A model generated the notes under the pieces. That model searched no databases. It was not told the DNA's origin and saw nothing but the letters and a program-made list of their open reading frames with translations. Source: Candidatus Iainarchaeum sp. (GTDB taxonomy: Archaea; Iainarchaeota; Iainarchaeia; Iainarchaeales; CSSED10-239). Taken from it: a stretch of 32,000 nucleotides of DNA. This document shows, piece after piece, positions 27,239 to 32,000 of this stretch. The number at the start of each line of letters is the position of its first letter. Position 1 is the first letter of the stretch. The translations under genes and the position numbers were made by a program. The stretch spans positions 30,001-62,000 of the forward strand of contig JAQVTI010000001.1 of assembly GCA_028700115.1 (NCBI GenBank). Reading direction: 5' to 3'.

Positions 27239-28768
27239 CTATAAATCTTTAAAACTAATTTTACCAAAATAAAGATCTTTTGAAACCTCTAGAAGTTTAT
27301 CTACAGATATTCTTTTTTGATCAAAGCTATCTCTATCTCTTATAGTTACAGTTTTTTCTTCTAGAGTATCATGATCTACAGTTATACAGAAATTACAACC
27401 AATTTCATCCATTCTAGCATATCTTTTTCCAATTGATCCTTTTTCATCAAAATTAATTTCAAAAAGATCATATGAATTTTCAACTAATTTAGAATGTAAA
27501 TCCTTAGAAAGCTCTAACAAACCATCCTTTTTAACTAATGGGAAAACAGACATAAAATATGGTGATATTTTAGGTTTTAATTTCAAAACATTTCTTAGAT
27601 CTTTTCCATCATTGTTAACATCAATTACTTCAAAGTTATTCTCTAATATTAAATATAATAATCTACCTAAACCAATTGAAGAAACTTCTAGAACATGAGG
27701 CAATATTTCCTTACCATCTTCTTTTACTGACAGAGTAGATTTTGAACCATCAGCATGTGCTTTTAAGTCATGGTCTGTTCTGTAGTTTATACAAAATAGT
27801 TCTACCCATTCCTTATTTGTCTTAACCTCTAAATCAAATGTTTGTTTTGAATAAAAGGCTCTATCTTCTTTAGAAACTTCTCTAAATCTTATATTTTCGT
27901 GTTTAATTCCTATTTTTTCTAAAAAATCATTCATTAAATAAGTATAATATGTAATAATATCTCCAAATGAGATATTTTGTTCTTTAACTTCTTTTACTGT
28001 ATAGTCTTTTTCAGAATCATCTTTTAGAAGTCTATATCTTATTATTTTATTATAATAAGGCTCTAGATTAACATCATCAATTTTATCCTTATCAAAAAAT
28101 AGTTCAGTTTCTAATTGTTCAAACTCTCTTGCTCTTAAAAGTCCATTTCTTGGAGAAATTTCATTTCTATACACTAAACCATGTTGTGAGATTGCAATTG
28201 GTAGGCCTATTCTTGAAGTTTTATATAATCTTAAAAAATCTAAAAATATAGATTGACAAGATTCTCCTCTTAAATAACCTTTTTGTCCTTTTTTTGCACC
28301 TACTATAATATTTGCCATTAAATTAAATCTTGAAACATTATCAATTCTAGTTTTACATTTAGTACATAAAACCTCATTTTCTTCTAATAACTTTTCATAT
28401 TCTTCATTTGTTAAGTTTTCAGGAACTTCTTTATCTAATTGATTTGATAAAACTTTATCAAGTCTATATACTTCACCACATTTTTTACAAGTAGAGATTG
28501 GATCATCAAAGTTTCCTAAATGCCCTGAAGCTCTAAAAACATCTTCTGGTAGAATTAATGAACCTGAAATTTCTAAAAAGTTGTTTTTTCTTACAAGTTC
28601 TTTTCTCCAAAAATCAATAATATTTAATCTAATTTTATTTCCTATTGGACCATAATCAAAAAATCCAGAAAAATTTTTTGAATAAATCTCAGCTGAAGGG
28701 AAATATATAGATTTATTTGAAATTAATTCATTTAGTCTTTCAATTCTTTTGCTTTCTTCTAAAACCAT
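27239..28768 (-). CDS. glyS: glycyl-tRNA synthetase (archaeal/eukaryotic class II type)
   Basis: IYFPSAEIYSKNFSGFFDYGPIGNKIRLNI, ASGHLGNFDDP, ISQHGLVYRNEISPRNGLLRAREFEQLETELF, EVSSIGLGRLLYLILE. Confidence 0.95.
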   Translation of the reverse strand: MVLEESKRIERLNELISNKSIYFPSAEIYSKNFSGFFDYGPIGNKIRLNIIDFWRKELVRKNNFLEISGSLILPEDVFRASGHLGNFDDPISTCKKCGEVYRLDKVLSNQLDKEVPENLTNEEYEKLLEENEVLCTKCKTRIDNVSRFNLMANIIVGAKKGQKGYLRGESCQSIFLDFLRLYKTSRIGLPIAISQHGLVYRNEISPRNGLLRAREFEQLETELFFDKDKIDDVNLEPYYNKIIRYRLLKDDSEKDYTVKEVKEQNISFGDIITYYTYLMNDFLEKIGIKHENIRFREVSKEDRAFYSKQTFDLEVKTNKEWVELFCINYRTDHDLKAHADGSKSTLSVKEDGKEILPHVLEVSSIGLGRLLYLILENNFEVIDVNNDGKDLRNVLKLKPKISPYFMSVFPLVKKDGLLELSKDLHSKLVENSYDLFEINFDEKGSIGKRYARMDEIGCNFCITVDHDTLEEKTVTIRDRDSFDQKRISVDKLLEVSKDLYFGKISFKDL

Positions 28769-28906
28769 AAAGTATCACTTAAATTTAATATATATTTTAG
28801 AAGTAAAGATTATATAAATATATATTATTTATAAAGTATTTGGTATATTAATTATTTATAAAATAAGCTAATTTTTTAAAGTTTTATTTATATATTTTAT
28901 TATATT

Positions 28907-28988
28907 GCAGGGGTTCCCGAGTGGTCAAAGGGGCACGGCTTAGGACCGTGTGCTTAGTGCTTCGCAGGTTCGAATCCTGCCTCTTGCA
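28907..28988 (+). tRNA. tRNA-Leu (anticodon TAG), no encoded CCA
   Basis: Acceptor GCAGGGG/CTCTTGC, D arm CCC-GAGTGGTCAAA-GGG, anticodon arm CACGG-CTTAGGA-CCGTG, long variable loop, T arm GCAGG-TTCGAAT-CCTGC. AT-rich TATA-like sequence upstream. Confidence 0.95.
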
Positions 28989-29009
28989 CTTTTTAAATTC
29001 TGAAAATTT

Positions 29010-30032
29010 ATGAGAACATTTTTTAATTTTAAAGAAACTAATTATAATCCAGATAAATATCTAGATTTAATAAAAGAAGAAATCAAAGATTATAAATTTA
29101 ATACATTTAACTTAGGTATATCTATTCCTTCTGAAAAAACTATAGATGAAAAAGAAGATATTAAACTTAATTTTCAAAAACAACTAACATCTCTAATTGA
29201 AGAAAAACTAAATATTAAAAAAAGAAATGAATATGGAGATGTAAATATTGTAGTTGATTTTAATTATAATAGAATAGATTATAATATAACTCCAGTTTAT
29301 GTTTATGGAATTTATAATAAATTACAAAGAAACCTACCTCAAACAATAGATTATTGTTTTAAATGTAAAGGAAAGGGTTGTAAGCTTTGTGATTATAAAG
29401 GAGTTATAAACAAAACTTCTATTCAGGAGAAAATTAATTCTTATTTTAAAGAAATTTTTAAAAATGAAGACAATAAATTCCATGGTTCAGGAAGAGAAGA
29501 CAAAGATGTTTTAATGCTTGGAAATGGTAGAGAGTTTGTTTTAGAACTAATTAATCCTAAACTAAGAGAAATTAGTTTAGAAGAACTAAATAAACTTTTA
29601 GACAAAATTAATCTTGAAGAAAAAGATGTTTTACAAATAAGTAATCTTAGTTTTTGTGAAAAATCTAAAATTAAAGAAATAAAAGAAGCTAAACATTTCA
29701 AATCATATAGAGCAATTGTTTCTTGTGAAGAAAAGATTATACAAGATAAATTAAACACATTAGAAAAAAACAAAATAATAGAAATTATTCAGAAAAATCC
29801 AAAAAGAATGAAAAAAAGCAGAGCAAATATTGAAAGAAAAAGAACTTGTGAAATTATTAATTATAATATTATTAATGAAAATGAATTTGAACTAGAACTA
29901 AAAGCAGAAGCAGGACTTTATGTTAAAGAATTTATTTCTGGGGATAATGAACTTACAAAACCTTCTATTTCAGAAATTATAGAAAATAAATGTATATGTA
30001 AACAACTAGATGTAATTTACATACATAGATAA
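29010..30032 (+). CDS. pus10: tRNA pseudouridine synthase Pus10
   Basis: THUMP-like/zinc N-terminal part (CFKCKGKGCKLCDYKG) and catalytic KFHGSGREDKDVLMLGNGREFVLEL, C-terminal AEAGLYVKEFISGDNELTKPSISEI. Confidence 0.93.
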   Translation: MRTFFNFKETNYNPDKYLDLIKEEIKDYKFNTFNLGISIPSEKTIDEKEDIKLNFQKQLTSLIEEKLNIKKRNEYGDVNIVVDFNYNRIDYNITPVYVYGIYNKLQRNLPQTIDYCFKCKGKGCKLCDYKGVINKTSIQEKINSYFKEIFKNEDNKFHGSGREDKDVLMLGNGREFVLELINPKLREISLEELNKLLDKINLEEKDVLQISNLSFCEKSKIKEIKEAKHFKSYRAIVSCEEKIIQDKLNTLEKNKIIEIIQKNPKRMKKSRANIERKRTCEIINYNIINENEFELELKAEAGLYVKEFISGDNELTKPSISEIIENKCICKQLDVIYIHR

Positions 30033-30080
30033 AGTTACCCTGGACCCTACAGAAATATTAAAAGTCCAGGGTAAGTTTAT
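30029..30080. terminator. hairpin between convergent pus10 and ogg: TTACCCTGGAC (30035-30045) / GTCCAGGGTAA (30064-30074), 18-nt loop; candidate bidirectional terminator or 3'-end structure
   Basis: 11-bp perfect stem, extendable by about 5 bp after one mismatch, filling the whole stop-to-stop interval. Confidence 0.55.
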
Positions 30081-30716
30081 TTATTTTAAAACTTCACCAG
30101 TCTCAAGATACCAAAGATATAAATCTAATTCTCCTTGAGTAAGTTTAAGTTTCTTAGACATCTTAGATAAAATTTCTTCAATCTCTAGATATCTTTGTTT
30201 ATTTAGAGTTTTTGGTTTTTCTTTTAAAAACTTATAATCTATTAACACATCAATTATATGAAAATCAATTATTGCATAATTAAAAAAACCTATATTTCTT
30301 AGAAAATGAGAAGCTTCCTTATAAGATAAACCCTTTATGTTTTTTACAATATACTCTCTTCTCTCAAGATCGTCTTTAAAAGAAAATATATTTTTTCTTA
30401 AATCTTTTATAAACTGACGATTATAAACAATAAAAGAAGACCTTAGATTTGGATATCTATAACCTAGTTCTTTAAGTTTAGATGAAAGCTTTTTTTCAGA
30501 AAAAGAAATAAAACCAGATTTAATTTTCTTAGTAATCTCAATTGCTCTTTTTGCACTATAGTTTGCAGTAAGGTTACAAAAGCTCATTTCCAAGAAAAGA
30601 TATTTAGAAGGCTTTTTCTGAAATGATAAAAACTCACTTTTTCTTTTCTCAATAACTTTTCTAATATCTGATTTTTTTAAATCATTTACTTTCTTAAACA
30701 AATCTTTTTGGTTCAT
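30081..30716 (-). CDS. ogg: N-glycosylase/DNA lyase, archaeal Ogg2-like 8-oxoguanine DNA glycosylase
   Basis: NIKGLSYKEASHFLRNIGFFNYAIIDFHIIDVL helix-hairpin-helix/catalytic region and C-terminal LDLYLWYLETGEVLK. Confidence 0.88.
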   Translation of the reverse strand: MNQKDLFKKVNDLKKSDIRKVIEKRKSEFLSFQKKPSKYLFLEMSFCNLTANYSAKRAIEITKKIKSGFISFSEKKLSSKLKELGYRYPNLRSSFIVYNRQFIKDLRKNIFSFKDDLERREYIVKNIKGLSYKEASHFLRNIGFFNYAIIDFHIIDVLIDYKFLKEKPKTLNKQRYLEIEEILSKMSKKLKLTQGELDLYLWYLETGEVLK

Positions 30717-30737
30717 AATAAAAAAATAAAAGAACTA

Positions 30738-31121
30738 TTAAAGTTCTTTTTTCCAAAATCCATGTAAGTTACAATATTCTCTTGCAATAACTTTTTGACC
30801 TTTCTTAACACAAAAATTAACTATAGGTTTATCTTCTGGTTTTAGATGCTTAATATAACTTACATCATCTACAATTAACTCAATCCATTTAATATAATGC
30901 CCTTCTTCCATAGGATGTAAGACTTCACCAACAATTACTTCATAACCATTTTCTGTTTCTTTGATTACAGGAACATGCTTTTCGTTTGCTGCATCAGTTG
31001 TATTTTCTTCAAGTCTAGACATAGGCTTATTACAACAAACAAGTTGACCCATACCAGTATCTAACACTTCAACTATGTTTCCACAAATCTCACATTTGTA
31101 AACTTCTTTTAATTTAGTCAT
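30738..31121 (-). CDS. desulfoferrodoxin-type superoxide reductase
   Basis: Desulforedoxin-like CEICG...VCCNKPM; HVPVI, EEGHYIKWIEL and C-terminal CNLHGFW neelaredoxin motifs. Confidence 0.93.
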   Translation of the reverse strand: MTKLKEVYKCEICGNIVEVLDTGMGQLVCCNKPMSRLEENTTDAANEKHVPVIKETENGYEVIVGEVLHPMEEGHYIKWIELIVDDVSYIKHLKPEDKPIVNFCVKKGQKVIAREYCNLHGFWKKEL

Positions 31122-31143
31122 TTTTAAAACACCTCAAATATTT

Positions 31144-31497
31144 TTATTTTTTTAAAGACTTCTCAATAGATTTAACACCATACTCAAAAGAAAAACCATC
31201 CATATTCAAAGAAACTTTTCTTTTTTCAAGTTCATCTAGAAACTCTCTATAAGACAAACCAGAAATTTCTGCTCCTTCTGATAAATTAATTTCTCTTTTT
31301 TTATAAGCTTCAATTGCTTTTTTTAGTTTATACTCAGAAATATCATTTTCTATTAAATGCCTAATATACTCAGACTCACTTATGTTTTTTTCTTTAGAGA
31401 TTAAATATACACTCTCCATAACAGAGTCTTTTAATCTTAAAGTCTTAACATTCATTTTACTACAATCTTTATATTCTTTTGATTTCATAAAAACCAC
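31144..31497 (-). CDS. putative antitoxin, RHH-like N terminus plus UPF0175-like C terminus; true start may be internal (Met4 or Met15)
   Basis: MNVKTLRLKDSVMESVYLISKEKNISESEYIRHLI followed by YKKREINLSEGAEISGLSYREFLDELEKR; overlaps the upstream PIN-like gene. Confidence 0.6.
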   Translation of the reverse strand: MVFMKSKEYKDCSKMNVKTLRLKDSVMESVYLISKEKNISESEYIRHLIENDISEYKLKKAIEAYKKREINLSEGAEISGLSYREFLDELEKRKVSLNMDGFSFEYGVKSIEKSLKK

Positions 31498-31993
31498 ATA
31501 TTTCTTTTAAATAATTTTTAGGTATAGAATCACAAATAATTCTTAATTTATCTTTTAATCCATTTTTCTTAATTTTTTTATGTTTATACAAATAAAACAT
31601 AAACTCAACAATGTTTGAACATAATATATTATTTTTCACACAAAAACTATAAGGCCTACCATTATCAATAAACACAATTGCCTTAATTTCTTTTGCAAGC
31701 AAGATACTAAAATATTCTCCTGAATTTTTAGATACTTGAAATGGTAAATTTTTATTAACTAAAGTTTTTGGTTGTTTAATAAGTATTTTTTTATCTTCAA
31801 CTAATTTTAATAAAAATCTAATATCAAATGGAAGATATAAACTTTTGTCTTTAAAATATGTTATTTCTTCATAAACCTTTTTAGTCATCACTAAATCATA
31901 ATGTTCTAAAAAGATATTTATTAAATTAGTTTTAACTAGATGAATATAAAAAGAGGAATCTAATATAGCTAAAGGTTTTTTTGAAATAACCAT
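31469..31993 (-). CDS. PIN-like domain protein (putative ribonuclease toxin, DUF3368-like)
   Basis: LAILDSSFYIHLVK, MTKKVYEEIT, SKNSGEYFSILLAKEIKAIVFIDNG: spaced acidic residues typical of PIN folds. Confidence 0.6.
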   Translation of the reverse strand: MVISKKPLAILDSSFYIHLVKTNLINIFLEHYDLVMTKKVYEEITYFKDKSLYLPFDIRFLLKLVEDKKILIKQPKTLVNKNLPFQVSKNSGEYFSILLAKEIKAIVFIDNGRPYSFCVKNNILCSNIVEFMFYLYKHKKIKKNGLKDKLRIICDSIPKNYLKEICGFYEIKRI

Positions 31994-32000
31994 ATATATT

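Noticed and set aside
29441-29773. 110-aa minus-strand ORF
   Set aside because: Antisense to the catalytic core of pus10.

Overview
The window is AT-rich archaeal sequence. Archaeal-type L15e, Nop5, fibrillarin, Pus10, Ogg2-like glycosylase, archaeal-type GlyRS and a class III signal peptide support this; compact gene size and reduced proteins suggest a DPANN/Woesearchaeota-like genome (inference). Main recognisable content: rpl15e with three small uncharacterised genes; a beta-grasp protein next to a TtuA/Ncs6-like tRNA thiolase; a GH3-family adenylating enzyme, an unlisted 41-aa ORF and a DUF2817/M14-like hydrolase; bacterial-type uvrB, uvrC and uvrA; rnhB; a short nop5-fibrillarin pair; a CaCA antiporter; ppdK; a cyclophilin; an FNR-like protein; a minus-strand block of secreted proteins (small Cys protein, M6-like protease, pilin-like Cys-rich protein); glyS; tRNA-Leu(TAG) followed closely by pus10; ogg; desulfoferrodoxin; and a UPF0175-like/PIN-like pair. 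The most notable items are: (1) the GH3/41-aa peptide/DUF2817 module, (2) Nop5 apparently lacking its fibrillarin-binding N-terminal domain beside a fibrillarin with a short N terminus, (3) a 38-bp identical promoter/5'UTR element upstream of two secreted-protein genes, (4) an 11-bp perfect GC-containing hairpin filling the gap between convergent pus10 and ogg, (5) 24-bp tandem repeats with nested palindromes, (6) a ThiS/MoaD-like protein without the terminal GG, and (7) a dyad upstream of uvrA. I see no CRISPR array, transposon or rRNA. No definitive new defence system was identified; all system-level ideas are hypotheses.
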